Origin: Nitrospirales bacterium | GTDB taxonomy: Bacteria > Nitrospirota > Nitrospiria > Nitrospirales > UBA8639 | NCBI GenBank assembly: GCA_965203295.1 | Contig: CBDBCZ010000019.1 | Location: 2,240,001 to 2,304,000, forward strand | DNA length: 64,000 nt | Reading direction: 5' to 3' | Shown here: piece after piece, positions 40,742 to 51,807 of the stretch | How positions within the stretch are numbered: position 1 is the stretch's first letter | How the letters are laid out: every line of letters begins with the position of its first letter | Notes under the pieces: generated by a model | What the model was told of the DNA's origin: nothing | Databases searched by the model: none | What the model saw: the letters and a program-made list of their open reading frames with translations, nothing else | Translations under genes and position numbers: made by a program

Positions 40742-43700
40742 TTGAAAATCGAGCGCCGTTTTACACGACCGGGACAGGATCCCTACCAAGGTATGACTTT
40801 TGTTTCACGCTCTTCTGAGATCCGCAATCCAGACGGGTCTGTGGTTTTTAAAATTGATGACATTCAGGCCCTCGAACATTGGTCGCAATTAGCTGTCGAT
40901 ATCCTGGCCCAAAAATATTTTCGAAAAGCTGGCGTCCCACAGGTCGACTCAAACGGGAAAACCATCCTCGATGAAAACAGGCAACCCCTTCTTGGAGGGG
41001 AAACCGATGCCCGACAGGTCTTTTACCGGTTAGCAGGATGTTGGGCACATTGGGGAAAAACCCATGGGTACTTTACAACGGATGAAGACACAGATGCTTT
41101 TCAAGATGAACTCAGCTTCATGCTTGCCCGTCAAATGGCCGCGCCCAATTCTCCGCAATGGTTTAATACCGGCTTGCATTTTGCCTATGGGCTGAGCGGA
41201 CCAGCGCAAGGGCATCACTATGTTGACCCCGATACACAACATACCAAACGATCCAAGAATGCTTATGAACGGCCGCAGGTTCACGCATGCTTCATTCAGT
41301 CGGTGTCCGATGACCTTGTGAACGAAGGCGGGATTATGAACCTTTGGGTTCGTGAGGCCCGATTGTTCAAATACGGCTCTGGAACCGGTACCAATTTTTC
41401 TAGCCTCCGTGGGGAGGGTGAAGCCCTCTCAGGGGGAGGCCGATCCTCTGGGCTCATGTCCTTTTTAAAGATTGGAGATCGAGCTGCCTGGGCGATTAAA
41501 TCCGGAGGGACCACCCGCCGGGCTGCCAAAATGGTGTGCCTGGACCTGGATCATCCGGACATTGAGGAGTTCATCGACTGGAAGGTGATCGAAGAACAAA
41601 AAGTGGCTGCGATGGTCACCGGATCAAAAATCTGCGCCCAACGTCTTAACGTGATTCTTAAGGCTTGCCATATTCCGGATTCCGACGGTCAACCTTGTCT
41701 TGAAACAGACTCGTCGAAGAATACTGTACTCAAAAAGGCACTTCAATCAGCGCGCGAATCGGCCGTTCCAGAAGCCTACATTCAACGTATGTTCAAATAT
41801 GCCCAGGAAGGATTCACGCATTTCGAGTTTCACGAATACGACACCAATTGGGATAGCAAAGCCTATCAGACGGTTTCCGGTCAAAATTCAAACAATAGCA
41901 TTCGGGTCCCTAACGAATTTTTTGAAACCCTTCAGAACGATGGAGACTGGTCGCTCAATTATCGAACGGATGGATCAAGTGCGAAAACCGTCAAAGCCAA
42001 TGACCTTTGGAACCGAATTGCCTGGGCAGCTTGGGTTTGCGCCGACCCAGGGATTCAATATGACACCACCATTAACGAATGGCATACCTGCCCGAAAGAT
42101 GGTCGAATCAATGCTTCCAACCCTTGTAGTGAGTATATGTTTCTGGATGATACCGCTTGCAATTTAGCCTCACTCAATTTGGGAACATTTATCAAATCAG
42201 ACAACCAATTCGATATTGACGCGTATCGCCATGCCATTCGTCTCTGGACCATTGTCTTGGAAATCAGCGTGCTGATGGCTGGGTTCCCCAGTAAAGCCAT
42301 TGCAGAAAAAAGCTTCCTGTTTCGAACATTGGGGCTCGGCTACGCGAATCTCGGATCGATTCTCATGCAGCAAGGTATTCCCTATGATTCACCGAAAGCC
42401 TTGGCCATTTGCGGGGCATTATCTGCCATTCTGACGGGTGAATCTTATGCGACATCGGCTGAAATGGCCGCAGAGCTCGGAGCATTCCCTGGCTATACCA
42501 AGAACCGAAAACCAATGCTTCGAGTCATGAGAAATCATCGACGAGCTGCCTACAACGCTTCAAAGGAGGAATACGAAGGACTTCAGGTTATTCCTCAAGG
42601 CATTCAACCAGAGCACACCCCTCCAGACCTCTTGAATGCGGCCAGAGAAGCGTGGGATCGAGCCTTGCATTTAGGGGAAACGCATGGATATCGGAATGCC
42701 CAAACAACCGTCATTGCACCGACGGGAACCATTGGCTTGGTCATGGACTGTGATACCACGGGTATCGAGCCTGATTTTGCTTTGGTGAAATTCAAAAAGT
42801 TAGCGGGGGGAGGATACTTTAAGATTATCAACCAAAGTTTGCCCTCGGCATTAGACAAACTCGATTATTCGAGATCCCAAATCCATGACATGATCACATA
42901 CGTCACGGGTGAACGGACCCTGAAAAATGCCCCATTTATTAATCATGACACGCTCGAAGAAAAGGGGTTCGACGAGGCGACGCTGGCACGCTTGGAATCG
43001 GCCTTAGATGGTGCGTTTGAGATTCAATTTGCCTTCAATAAATGGACGTTAGGAGAGGATTTTTGCCAAGACACCTTAGGGTTGACCAAATCTCAACTTC
43101 AACATCCACAGTTCAATATGTTGAAGGAATTAGGATTTACACAGGAAGAAATCCTAGCGGCCAACGATTATTGTTGTGGAACCATGACAATAGAAGGTGC
43201 TCCTCACCTCCTTTCAGAACACTTACCGATATTCGACTGTGCGAATCGCTGTGGTCGGATAGGGCAACGGTTCATTCAGACCCTTGCGCACATCAAAATG
43301 ATGGCAGCGGCTCAACCTTTTATCAGCGGGGCTATTAGTAAAACGATCAATATGCCCGCAGACTCTACCGTTGATTCGGTCAAAGAAGCCTATCAGTTCG
43401 GGTGGTCCCACATGCTCAAAGCCATTGCGTTGTATCGCGATGGGTCCAAACTAAGCCAACCCTTAAACGCCTCGACCCTCTTGGACTCGATAGACTCTCA
43501 AACCGCCGATGTCACCGCCACAGCCGAACGGGCTGCAGAACGGTTCTTAGTTCGCTACCTGGCAAAACGACGGCCGTTGCCCACTCGCCGGGGCGGGTAC
43601 ACTCAAAAAGCCGTTATTGGAGGGCATAAGATTTACCTAAGGACTGGGGAATATCAGGATGGGACATTGGGGGAAATCTTCCTTGATATGCATAAAGAGG

Positions 43701-44263
43701 GGGCTGCCTTCAGAAGTCTCATGAACTGTTTTGCTATAGCCATTTCCCTGGGCCTTCAACATGGCGTTCCCCTTGAGGAATTTGTGGAAGCGTTTTTGTT
43801 CACTCGCTTCGAACCCAATGGACCAGTCAATCTCAATGATCACATCAAAATGTCCACCTCGATCATTGACTATATCTTCAGGGAACTCGCGATTACCTAT
43901 CTCGGCCGTCATGACCTTGAACAGGTCGTTCCCGAAGACCTGCGAGGCGATTCCGTGAAGCAGGACCCTGAATGCACTGACGAGGAACCTGCTGACCCAC
44001 GAACCCTAATTTCACCTTCAATTAGTCCGGAAGTTTTTCCGGCCCGACGAGGAAATGGAACACCAAATGGTGGGAATGGGAAAGGAAAGGTCTCACATAA
44101 GCTAGAAATGAAACGAGAAACCCTCACCTACACAACCGAAATGGAGACTCTCCGAAAAGGTTACGAGGGAGACCCCTGTCCAAACTGTAAGCAATTTAAA
44201 TTAGTTCGCAACGGCATGTGCTTAGTTTGTCGGAATTGCGGTGAGCAGACAGGATGCTCATAA
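40742..44263 (+). CDS. nrdJ: Class II (B12-dependent) ribonucleotide reductase
   Basis: [33 protein letters not shown], a TSCPD-like domain and a C-terminal CxxC...CxxC...GCS. Confidence 0.96.
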   Translation: MKIERRFTRPGQDPYQGMTFVSRSSEIRNPDGSVVFKIDDIQALEHWSQLAVDILAQKYFRKAGVPQVDSNGKTILDENRQPLLGGETDARQVFYRLAGCWAHWGKTHGYFTTDEDTDAFQDELSFMLARQMAAPNSPQWFNTGLHFAYGLSGPAQGHHYVDPDTQHTKRSKNAYERPQVHACFIQSVSDDLVNEGGIMNLWVREARLFKYGSGTGTNFSSLRGEGEALSGGGRSSGLMSFLKIGDRAAWAIKSGGTTRRAAKMVCLDLDHPDIEEFIDWKVIEEQKVAAMVTGSKICAQRLNVILKACHIPDSDGQPCLETDSSKNTVLKKALQSARESAVPEAYIQRMFKYAQEGFTHFEFHEYDTNWDSKAYQTVSGQNSNNSIRVPNEFFETLQNDGDWSLNYRTDGSSAKTVKANDLWNRIAWAAWVCADPGIQYDTTINEWHTCPKDGRINASNPCSEYMFLDDTACNLASLNLGTFIKSDNQFDIDAYRHAIRLWTIVLEISVLMAGFPSKAIAEKSFLFRTLGLGYANLGSILMQQGIPYDSPKALAICGALSAILTGESYATSAEMAAELGAFPGYTKNRKPMLRVMRNHRRAAYNASKEEYEGLQVIPQGIQPEHTPPDLLNAAREAWDRALHLGETHGYRNAQTTVIAPTGTIGLVMDCDTTGIEPDFALVKFKKLAGGGYFKIINQSLPSALDKLDYSRSQIHDMITYVTGERTLKNAPFINHDTLEEKGFDEATLARLESALDGAFEIQFAFNKWTLGEDFCQDTLGLTKSQLQHPQFNMLKELGFTQEEILAANDYCCGTMTIEGAPHLLSEHLPIFDCANRCGRIGQRFIQTLAHIKMMAAAQPFISGAISKTINMPADSTVDSVKEAYQFGWSHMLKAIALYRDGSKLSQPLNASTLLDSIDSQTADVTATAERAAERFLVRYLAKRRPLPTRRGGYTQKAVIGGHKIYLRTGEYQDGTLGEIFLDMHKEGAAFRSLMNCFAIAISLGLQHGVPLEEFVEAFLFTRFEPNGPVNLNDHIKMSTSIIDYIFRELAITYLGRHDLEQVVPEDLRGDSVKQDPECTDEEPADPRTLISPSISPEVFPARRGNGTPNGGNGKGKVSHKLEMKRETLTYTTEMETLRKGYEGDPCPNCKQFKLVRNGMCLVCRNCGEQTGCS

Positions 44264-44292
44264 TGCAACCAGCTCTGCTGCTCATTTGACTG

Positions 44293-44357
44293 GGGAGTCC
44301 TGCCACGATTCAGTTCCCCTGAATTGTCATGCCCGCAGTCGTCGGTGGGCATCCAGG
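44293..44357 (-). repeat. Repeat family 1, partial copy D
   Basis: Reverse complement closely matches 40347-40410 of copy B. Confidence 0.8.
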
Positions 44358-44387
44358 TTGTTTTGGTTCAATCGTTATTATTTGAGC

Positions 44388-44580
44388 TGGGTTTCGGCCC
44401 CGCACGCCGAGGTCCTTTTGTTTCGGCAAAAGGACCCCAAACCATTCCCGCCCGCACATGGCCCTGCGGTTCTCCTTCGTCCCAGCCCCGAATCACATGG
44501 CTGCGGAACTCGCTTCTCTCAGACAGTCCTCGCCGAGACGTCGATTCGTCGCTGGGACTCAGCCACACGCAAGGCGGAAC
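44388..44580 (+). repeat. Repeat family 2 (about 190 bp MITE-like), copy 1
   Basis: About 90% identical by manual alignment to the reverse complement of 53482-53674; hairpin ggtccttttg-tttcgg-caaaaggacc. Confidence 0.9.
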
Positions 44581-44594
44581 ACACAGAGTCGTTC

Positions 44595-45506
44595 TTACTC
44601 CTTTGCATCCATCGCACACCGAAATCCAATCGTTAAATCGTTCGCTTCGACGGGGAAGTCGGGCTCAGCCTTAGACCGAGCCGTGACCCGTAATCGCTTG
44701 GGAGGATCTTCCCAAGACCCACCGCGGAATATTTTCTTTTCCCCCGTTTCAGGGCCTTTGGGATTTTTGGAAGGGCTTTTTCGATAGTAAGATCGATGAT
44801 ACCAATCTGATACCCACTCGGAAGCATTTCCTGCCATATGATAAAGCCCATACGGGCTTTTCGTTCCTGTTTTCAATCCATGCCGAATACTCATTCCAGT
44901 GACTCCACTCGTCACGGGCGCGAGGGTAATCGGGTAGCTGACCCATCCAGTCGTCCCAAGGTTGTATCTGGCAATATCAACGAAGGGTTGCATATGGCCC
45001 CAAGGATACCGTCGACCATCTGTCCCCCGAGCCGCTTTCTCCCATTCAGCTTCTGTCGGGAGCCGTTTTCCAACCCACTCACAATAGGCCACAGCGCTAC
45101 CCCAGGCCATCCCCACAGCAGGTCGATCAGCAGCGTCCTCAAACGCAGCCCCATCATCCCACAATGGCGGGAAATCATGCCTGGTCTCATCCAGAAACTT
45201 TTGATAGAGCGCCATCGTGACCTCAAACTGATCAATGTAATAGGGATCCAACCGCACGGTATGTTCGGGGCGCTCATTTCTTGGGCCTTGATTATCCCCC
45301 ATGAGGAATTCCCCTTCAGGGATTTTTACCATGGGAGCTCCATCCTTGCCTTTAATTATTTCATAAGACTCGCCGTCTTTTTGTGGATCCTCGGCTGCAG
45401 CAAGCGCCACTGACGCACACCATCCCCCCACATACACGAGCATTAAGCACCCAATTAAGACAGTTCGACTACTCCATCCTTTTCCCATCAGTATACCCCC
45501 TTGCAT
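44595..45506 (-). CDS. Formylglycine-generating-enzyme (SUMF1/FGE-sulfatase) domain protein
   Basis: RLPTEAEWEKAARG, GNASEW, RGGSW and GFRC motifs; signal peptide. Confidence 0.93.
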   Translation of the reverse strand: MQGGILMGKGWSSRTVLIGCLMLVYVGGWCASVALAAAEDPQKDGESYEIIKGKDGAPMVKIPEGEFLMGDNQGPRNERPEHTVRLDPYYIDQFEVTMALYQKFLDETRHDFPPLWDDGAAFEDAADRPAVGMAWGSAVAYCEWVGKRLPTEAEWEKAARGTDGRRYPWGHMQPFVDIARYNLGTTGWVSYPITLAPVTSGVTGMSIRHGLKTGTKSPYGLYHMAGNASEWVSDWYHRSYYRKSPSKNPKGPETGEKKIFRGGSWEDPPKRLRVTARSKAEPDFPVEANDLTIGFRCAMDAKE

Positions 45507-45663
45507 TCCTCAGTCGCGGCCAACTTCGATTGAAGTCATGACGCATGATTCACTTCCGCACCTCACCCATTCCAAAGTATAATTATTTATTGTACAAAGG
45601 ATACATCGTCTACGACAACGCACATCTTACCAAACTTCACCTCCCAATCCTCACACGCTATTA

Positions 45664-46431
45664 CTAAACTCCTTCCGTCTCAATTTGAAGTATTCTCCCG
45701 CAATGCTTGCAATGAACAGCATCGGGATCATGCCGGTTCAGCCCACAATCCGGACAGGCATAACGAACCTTGGCAGGTCGAAATATCGCCCGGACCAATT
45801 TCAGGAAAAGTGCGACGCCCAACACCATGATCATCACCGATAGGAAGCGGCCGGTGCTACCCTGCAGAGTGATGTCACCAAACCCCGTAGTCGTCAGAGT
45901 CGAAACCGTAAAATACAGGGCATCCATGTAGGTTTGGATGTGTGGATTGTCATCAACCTGAGCGACAAAGACAAGGGCAGTCACCACAAAAATGAAGACG
46001 ACAAGATTCAGAATGCTTTGAATGAGCTCTTCATTTCGTGAAAAAAACTTATAGTGTTTCCGAAGATCTCGCAGAAGATGGTATGAGCGTAGTAACCTCA
46101 GGGCTCGTAACGCCCGTAAAAAAGCTAGATTGTCGATGAACGTTGGGGCAAGTAAAGCAAGAATGACAATGAGATCCGCAAGGGAGATCGGATGAATCAA
46201 ATAGTTGACTCTATTCCTTGCCAACACAAATCTTGCGATGAAATCCAGGATCAACACGACAGCAATGACCAAGTCTGTGACGATAATCCATTTGGATAAT
46301 TCAACCGTCGTTGTGACGATAAAGAAACCTATCGTGATGATGTCAAATGCTAAAAGTCCAAACCGAAAAAGGGTCGACCTTTTATGTTTACCGTTGTAAA
46401 GATCGCTTAATGTTTTTTGAAACGCTGACAT
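45664..46431 (-). CDS. Voltage-gated-type potassium channel
   Basis: S4-like LRALRALRLLR, TTTGFGD filter and a C-terminal CPDC...CKHC. Confidence 0.92.
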   Translation of the reverse strand: MSAFQKTLSDLYNGKHKRSTLFRFGLLAFDIITIGFFIVTTTVELSKWIIVTDLVIAVVLILDFIARFVLARNRVNYLIHPISLADLIVILALLAPTFIDNLAFLRALRALRLLRSYHLLRDLRKHYKFFSRNEELIQSILNLVVFIFVVTALVFVAQVDDNPHIQTYMDALYFTVSTLTTTGFGDITLQGSTGRFLSVMIMVLGVALFLKLVRAIFRPAKVRYACPDCGLNRHDPDAVHCKHCGRILQIETEGV

Positions 46432-46476
46432 TCCGTGACTCGCTCTTGGAGTTGCTCTTTTGCTTTTCTCCCCATT

Positions 46477-47502
46477 TCAGTTCGAAAGGCTTTCTTGTAG
46501 TTGGTCAAGTTTCAGGAGCGCATTCGACACACCTTTCGCTAGCTCAGCCATCGCTTCATAATCGAGCGTCTCTGGTCGATCTGTCTTTTCGTGATAATGC
46601 GGATTGCGATAGAACGCAGTGTCGGTCAATATGACGGCGGGGTAGCCTTCATTCCAGAACGATCCATGGTCTGAGAGATCGACACCAGGCACCCACCAGG
46701 GTCCTGTGAAGGTTTCAACTGGTAGATTCATCGAGGCTTTGAGTGCATCCCGAACGTGGCCCTGCAGATTGCTAGAAGAAAAGTTGCTCACGACCGTGAT
46801 GAAGTTGCCTTCCGAAGGATGCCACCACCGTAACCAAAAGAACGGGAAGGATTGGCTATCCTCCTCGTTCGAATAGTACCCCAGCATTTCCAAGCTAATC
46901 ATGGCCTCCACCAACTCTCCACGAGCTTTCAGACTACTGGCATACACTCGGCTACCCATCTGAGGACTTCGAAAGAACGGAGATTCTTCCAATGTGAAGG
47001 CTACAAATCGGATGGTCTTTCGGAAAGGAGTCTGAGCATGCAACCGAGCCAATTCTAAAAGCACGGCGACCCCGCTCGCATTGTCATCAGCCCCAGGCGT
47101 CTCCTCGCGTGTATCGTAGTGCGCGCCGATAATCAGAACACGATCGGGATCACCATGGCCACGACGCTCAGCAATGATGTTTCGGACTTGATGCCCTTTG
47201 ACTTCATAGGACTGAGACGTGACCGCATAGCCGAACGATTCAAACGACCCAGAAATGAATTCAGCCGAGGCATCCAGATTACTGAGATTCTGATAACTAC
47301 GCGATCCTATGGTTCCGGCCAAAAAGTGGACCGTGGCCTCCAGTTTCGCACGGATTGACCCAAGATCATCGTTTCCACTGTCACCCAATGCGCTCACATA
47401 CCACCCACTAGGGAAAAGGAACGGAAGCATCGACACAAGAAGCAGAAGCCGATACTTTACCCTTTTAAGCAGCAGCATAGAAATCCACTTGTAACCATTC
47501 AA
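46477..47502 (-). CDS. M28-family peptidase
   Basis: GAHYD, PGADDNASG, LEE, SDH and YH motifs. Confidence 0.92.
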   Translation of the reverse strand: MNGYKWISMLLLKRVKYRLLLLVSMLPFLFPSGWYVSALGDSGNDDLGSIRAKLEATVHFLAGTIGSRSYQNLSNLDASAEFISGSFESFGYAVTSQSYEVKGHQVRNIIAERRGHGDPDRVLIIGAHYDTREETPGADDNASGVAVLLELARLHAQTPFRKTIRFVAFTLEESPFFRSPQMGSRVYASSLKARGELVEAMISLEMLGYYSNEEDSQSFPFFWLRWWHPSEGNFITVVSNFSSSNLQGHVRDALKASMNLPVETFTGPWWVPGVDLSDHGSFWNEGYPAVILTDTAFYRNPHYHEKTDRPETLDYEAMAELAKGVSNALLKLDQLQESLSN

Positions 47503-47529
47503 CCCAGATTGCCATCAAGAGTTAGGATA

Positions 47530-47840
47530 GTATGAATCTATTGTGACTTCTCGGTCTGTGTCATACATAGCGCCGAGTATGACCGGGCATCCGTATATCC
47601 CTGCTCTATACCGCGACCCGATACCACTCAATGGCTTTTTGATAGTTTTGCTACAGAAACTGGCACTGTTCGTACATGACACCAACTGGGGTCTACGCTT
47701 GCGCGTTACCCTGCTACTCCGCCAATGATCACCATTTCTTTCAAGGCAGTTTCGCAATCGCCATGCTTATAGGCATCTCATCTCGCCTAATAACTCCCCA
47801 TATCGCTACAGCGAGGAGGATAGCCAACCAACTTACCATG
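47530..47840 (-). pseudogene. Decayed SEL1-repeat protein
   Basis: Fragments across frames: AYKHGD.ETALKE, LAE*QGNAQA*, GVMYE, QNYQKAIEWYR, EQGYTDA and LGAMYD. Confidence 0.75.
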
Positions 47841-47906
47841 AAAAGGCGTACAGCCGCTTTAGTCACGTAGGTTTCTCACTCAAAGCGAACCTTCAATTTT
47901 TCTCCC

Positions 47907-48305
47907 TTACTCAGAAGTTGGTTGCTGCTGTAGGTCATTTGCTAAAGGATCAGGGCCATATTTATTAGGGCCGTCTGTACCTTTGGGAATGAGTAACATA
48001 ACGAGTAAGAGCAAACCGAGAAACAGGTGTAGATCTGGCGGACCCAGTAGATCGAATTCAAAACCTATTCCTAAAACGAATAAGACAATAACGATAATCC
48101 GTCCTGGGAAGCCTTGATCATTCAATCTTTTCGCAGTTACAGCAAATGTCCCCCAGACGCAAGCCCAAAAAGAGATCGTGACAAGCAATGCAAGGATTCC
48201 TAACAACAAAGTGAGATCCCTCACTTCTGATGGCAGAATGTGGTCTAGAGCCGATGAAATACCACTCCCAAGAAGCATGAGGAGAAACCAACAGACGGCA
48301 AACAC
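47907..48305 (-). CDS. DUF805 (YhaH-like) membrane protein; start codon possibly lost
   Basis: In-frame upstream LFSFKGRI.R, plus KRL.D and GT.GPNKYGPDP motifs. Confidence 0.8.
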   Translation of the reverse strand: MFAVCWFLLMLLGSGISSALDHILPSEVRDLTLLLGILALLVTISFWACVWGTFAVTAKRLNDQGFPGRIIVIVLFVLGIGFEFDLLGPPDLHLFLGLLLLVMLLIPKGTDGPNKYGPDPLANDLQQQPTSE

Positions 48306-48513
48306 CGATCGCTGGATCCTGCCTTTAAACGAAAACAGCGTTTGGGCTAGTTCTAAAAAATCTCCCGCACAGACGCTTCCTTCGCTATTTCTTCCCCCTT
48401 TCTGAAGAACAGTTAAACTTCTACCACATACTTGATTTTAATGCTTTTCTCTTCGTTGGTGTCGTAACAAAGTCATTCACGCTATCCTTCTTTTTTTTTC
48501 TCAAAAATAGAAA

Positions 48514-48546
48514 AGCCCTTCAGGCTGAAACGCACCCGAAGGGCCT
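48514..48546 (-). terminator. Rho-independent terminator
   Basis: Minus strand aggcccttcgggtgcgtttcagcctgaagggct followed by a U-tract. Confidence 0.65.
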
Positions 48547-48799
48547 CTCGAAAGTTTCCTCTTTATTGAGGACGTCTATTCGAATCATTCACTCCTTGAC
48601 CCAATCCAGAATCCTGAAGAACCTAATTCCAATTTGTAGGAATTACTATGCGTCGCTCCTCGGGAGCTTTCCGCTTCCCTGGTTATTGCCATACGCCGGA
48701 AGGTTTGTCTCATCAATCCCTTTCCTACCTCTATGATTGAACAGCCCTTCTCTTCAGAGTTACGACAATTCAAAAGCTGAGCCACCCTCAGAATGGAAT

Positions 48800-49156
48800 T
48801 CACTTCTCTCGTCGCGACTCGAGTTCCGCTATGCCTTGCTCGATCACTCCCTTGCGTTGTTGAATACTTAGGCGTGCCACATCTTGAGCCCCCTCTAGTT
48901 GGGCTTCTTCCTGTAAATTAATCCACGCCCCAGCTTCTCCCAGTTGCGCATAGGCATACGCTTCCAAAATGTCAGAAGGATTTCCAAACACCTCAGCCAG
49001 CAGCGACTCCATATCCTCATCAAAGGCTTTTAACGCTTCCGTCCTACTAACCTGGGAAAGAATCGCTTCGAATCGAACGACCTGGTCGCGAAGACGTTCC
49101 ACGTTTTTTTCGACGGAATTGTCCGTATTGGGTTGTGTTGCCTCCTTCATTGCCAT
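48800..49156 (-). CDS. Hypothetical helical protein
   Basis: AGGAGGT RBS; acidic 118 aa ORF. Confidence 0.7.
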   Translation of the reverse strand: MAMKEATQPNTDNSVEKNVERLRDQVVRFEAILSQVSRTEALKAFDEDMESLLAEVFGNPSDILEAYAYAQLGEAGAWINLQEEAQLEGAQDVARLSIQQRKGVIEQGIAELESRREK

Positions 49157-49476
49157 GGCCACCTCCTTTAATAAAGAATTTTCCTGAATCCCTACATACC
49201 CTAAGCACATGACTTCATGTTGGCTATGAAATCTGGTCATCCACGAGTGAGCCCCCTCGACATCAAATCTCTCACTTCCAGTGTCACCTACAAATTTAAA
49301 TAAGCAAGAAAAAGACCGGAACGGTCGTGGATAGGAAACTCTATGGAATCATTGCAAAAATAGGAGAAGGCCACCCTCCCGCATTCATTCCAAGAGGCTC
49401 GTTTTGGGGAGGTTTGGGACAGTCAAAGACAATCGTGTGTGGAAAATTAGGCAGGGCTAAGACGAAGGCTAAACTC

Positions 49477-49520
49477 AAGGGGCTGGCATAGAAGAGGTCT
49501 TTCTTCTATGCCAGCCCCTT
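49477..49520. terminator. Perfect 19 bp stem-loop
   Basis: aaggggctggcatagaaga-ggtctt-tcttctatgccagcccctt. Confidence 0.75.
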
Positions 49521-49625
49521 ATTTATTACGGCAGCTATGAATTCGCCACGTGAGTCAACTCGCTAATCCGGCACCAAAAAGGATAAGTCTCGATACTTCT
49601 TCCATATTCGATGGCTATGAGACTT

Positions 49626-49898
49626 TCATTGTTCTAGATCTTGTTTTATCACCTCATACTGTTCCTTGGTGATTTCCCCGCTGGCATAGCGCCGATTAAG
49701 AACCTGGCGCGGCGTGTCCTGATCCCTCATCCCACGTGGATTCCACCTGCACATTGGGCAAGAGTGACCCCATCCACCTGACCGACGAAAAAATCCAAAT
49801 GCACAGATGCCTATAAAAAGCATCATAAGCACCATGAAGGTAAATGGGAAAATCCACATCCACCTAAAGCCGCCTTCCCACCACATCTGAGGGTCCAT
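49626..49898 (-). CDS. SHOCT-domain membrane protein
   Basis: One TM helix plus L.RRYASGEITKEQYE. Confidence 0.88.
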   Translation of the reverse strand: MDPQMWWEGGFRWMWIFPFTFMVLMMLFIGICAFGFFRRSGGWGHSCPMCRWNPRGMRDQDTPRQVLNRRYASGEITKEQYEVIKQDLEQ

Positions 49899-49912
49899 GC
49901 TTTTTCCTCCCT

Positions 49913-50068
49913 TCAAGAGGACCTTGATGGATAAATTTGATTGAGCTTCTCTTCTAACCTTTTTATGCCGCGGTAATTCAAGATAGACAAGGAAACCATG
50001 GTCACCATAACAATGAGAGGGACGATGGGCATGAAAGGGAACATAGGCATTTCACGCATTTTTTTCAT
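49913..50068 (-). CDS. Small Met-rich single-TM protein (not in the ORF track)
   Basis: MKKMREMPMFPFMPIVPLIVMVTMVSLSILNYRGIKRLEEKLNQIYPSRSS*; fills the gap between the CMD and SHOCT genes. Confidence 0.6.
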   Translation of the reverse strand: MKKMREMPMFPFMPIVPLIVMVTMVSLSILNYRGIKRLEEKLNQIYPSRSS

Positions 50069-50139
50069 AGTCGACTTTTCCATGTCTTACATTCCTTTTG
50101 GAAATGGGTGGCGAATAAATATAGGAAATTTAAGATCGG

Positions 50140-50406
50140 TTAAGAACCACCGCAGACTTTCTCTGCCTGGTCCTTTTTGTCTGTTGAACCGGCAGCGGCC
50201 ACTGATCCAAGAAGAGTTTCCGCTTCCTCATCCCAATTGCTCGCAGCCCCCTTTCGGACCATTCTCCCAACCCTCAGAGCCACCTGGATCTCCGCCTCCT
50301 CAGCCCCCACCTCTTGGGCTTTGGTAACGTGATACCGAAGGCAGGGGACGCAGTTGGCGGTTACTGACGCGCCGATCGCGATGAGTTCTTTGGTCAAGGT
50401 ATCCAT
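50140..50406 (-). CDS. Carboxymuconolactone decarboxylase/AhpD-like protein
   Basis: KELIAIGAS..ANC.PC..YH motif; AAGGAG RBS. Confidence 0.88.
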   Translation of the reverse strand: MDTLTKELIAIGASVTANCVPCLRYHVTKAQEVGAEEAEIQVALRVGRMVRKGAASNWDEEAETLLGSVAAAGSTDKKDQAEKVCGGS

Positions 50407-50769
50407 GGTTTAGTCTCCTTTTTCCCATGATGGGCTCTTCCATAGTTGGGATTACGGACAATCCTCTAAAAATTAAATGAGCAAATGGTGTGCCTATAAA
50501 CAAACGGAAGGTTGAATGATGACAAGTCCTTATAAAACAGAGATTTTCAGGAAGCCGGTATCTCAGAGATGGAGTAAGCATGGTAAGATTGGGGCAGATA
50601 GGGGCAGCCCTTTGTAATAGAGTGAGGATTTGGGGGCGGGTCATGCCCTCAGGGTCACCGGATACTGCTGGTATACCTTACGGGGGCTTTCCATACAGAA
50701 CTTAAATAATCCATGCTTAAGGTAGAATCTTAATTCGTTCAATATCTATTAATGAGGAGGTATCAAACG

Positions 50770-51012
50770 ATGACAAATGAAACACTAACAGAACTTCTTG
50801 GCTGGGCGTCAGTCGTCAATATAGCCTTGTTGTTCATATCAACCATAATGGTCATCGCAATACGCGGACCTATTTCAAAAATTCATTCCAGTTTGTTTGG
50901 CCTTGATGAGAAAGACTTGAGAAGAGCATATTTTCAATACATCGCACAATATAAAATAGCAATTATCGTCTTGAACATTGCGCCATATATTGCTCTAAAA
51001 ATTATGGCCTGA
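50770..51012 (+). CDS. Small membrane protein (DUF6868-like)
   Basis: LGW...N...H..LF.L....L...Y......YK......N..PY.AL pattern; AGGAGG RBS; AT-rich. Confidence 0.75.
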   Translation: MTNETLTELLGWASVVNIALLFISTIMVIAIRGPISKIHSSLFGLDEKDLRRAYFQYIAQYKIAIIVLNIAPYIALKIMA

Positions 51013-51215
51013 TCAATAAAGTAGTTAGCATTTTAGCCTAGCTGGTCTTCTCCTTAACCTGATCCAGCATCTGTGAGGAACCAAAATAAATGGAACTTGT
51101 GAAAGCTCTGGAAAAGGAAGTTACTGTGCGGTTGGTTATGGTGGGAGGGGAAAAAGGCTACCACGCGTCTGGGCAAGAAAATTATCTTGCCCCGCCCTAC
51201 CTCAAGTCTAAAATT

Positions 51216-51293
51216 TGGCGTCCCCAACGGGATTTGAACCCGTGTTGCCGGCTTGAAAGGCCGGCGTCCTAGGCCAGTCTAGACGATGGGGAC
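51216..51293 (-). tRNA. tRNA-Glu(TTC)
   Basis: GTCCCCATCGTCTAGACTGGCCTAGGACGCCGGCCTTTCAAGCCGGCAACACGGGTTCAAATCCCGTTGGGGACGCCA. Confidence 0.97.
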
Positions 51294-51807
51294 ATATTTC
51301 TTTGGATCGAGGGTTTAATCTACGGGAAGCCAAGACTCCAGCTTTACGAGCCGGAAATATTCAGCTCCACGATATTCCCCAACTCATGTTATTTTGTTCA
51401 GGAATGAAAGATTGCTTGAGCACTCAAATTGGATCATGCCCTGCAACACAGGGCTAGAATAGTAACAAAGGGGTAAACGGGAGTCAAACATGACATTGGT
51501 AATAACTAAGTAGCACTTTGAGCAGGGACCGGATTGAATGCTCAGATGAGCCAGACCTTGTTGAGAAAACGGACTCTTAAATCTTCCTCACGATTATCTC
51601 ACCAAGAACATAGCTCGACGAGAGTAAGGACTGAGAAGAATACACGTGAAATACAGATGTGCGGGACTTGCTTTAAAAGAGAGCTTTGGGGAGAGCTGGG
51701 CCCGACCAAGCTCCTCTGCTGAAGTAGCTTTGGCTACGAAGGACGGGAAGCTGTGACTGTCTGCCGCTTGCTTCAGCAGCAAGCGCGATGGCGGTTAAAG
51801 GGCGGTG

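Noticed and set aside
44241..44787. Overlapping ORFs at 44241-44787 and similar ones at 53451-53671
   Set aside because: They are translations of repeat family 2, not independent genes.
51139..51153. tggtgggaggggaa resembling a tRNA-Tyr 3' end
   Set aside because: Too short and no cloverleaf.
44595..51216. Defined genomic island at tRNA-Glu
   Set aside because: Content looks accessory, but I found no duplicated tRNA-Glu 3' end and no integrase.
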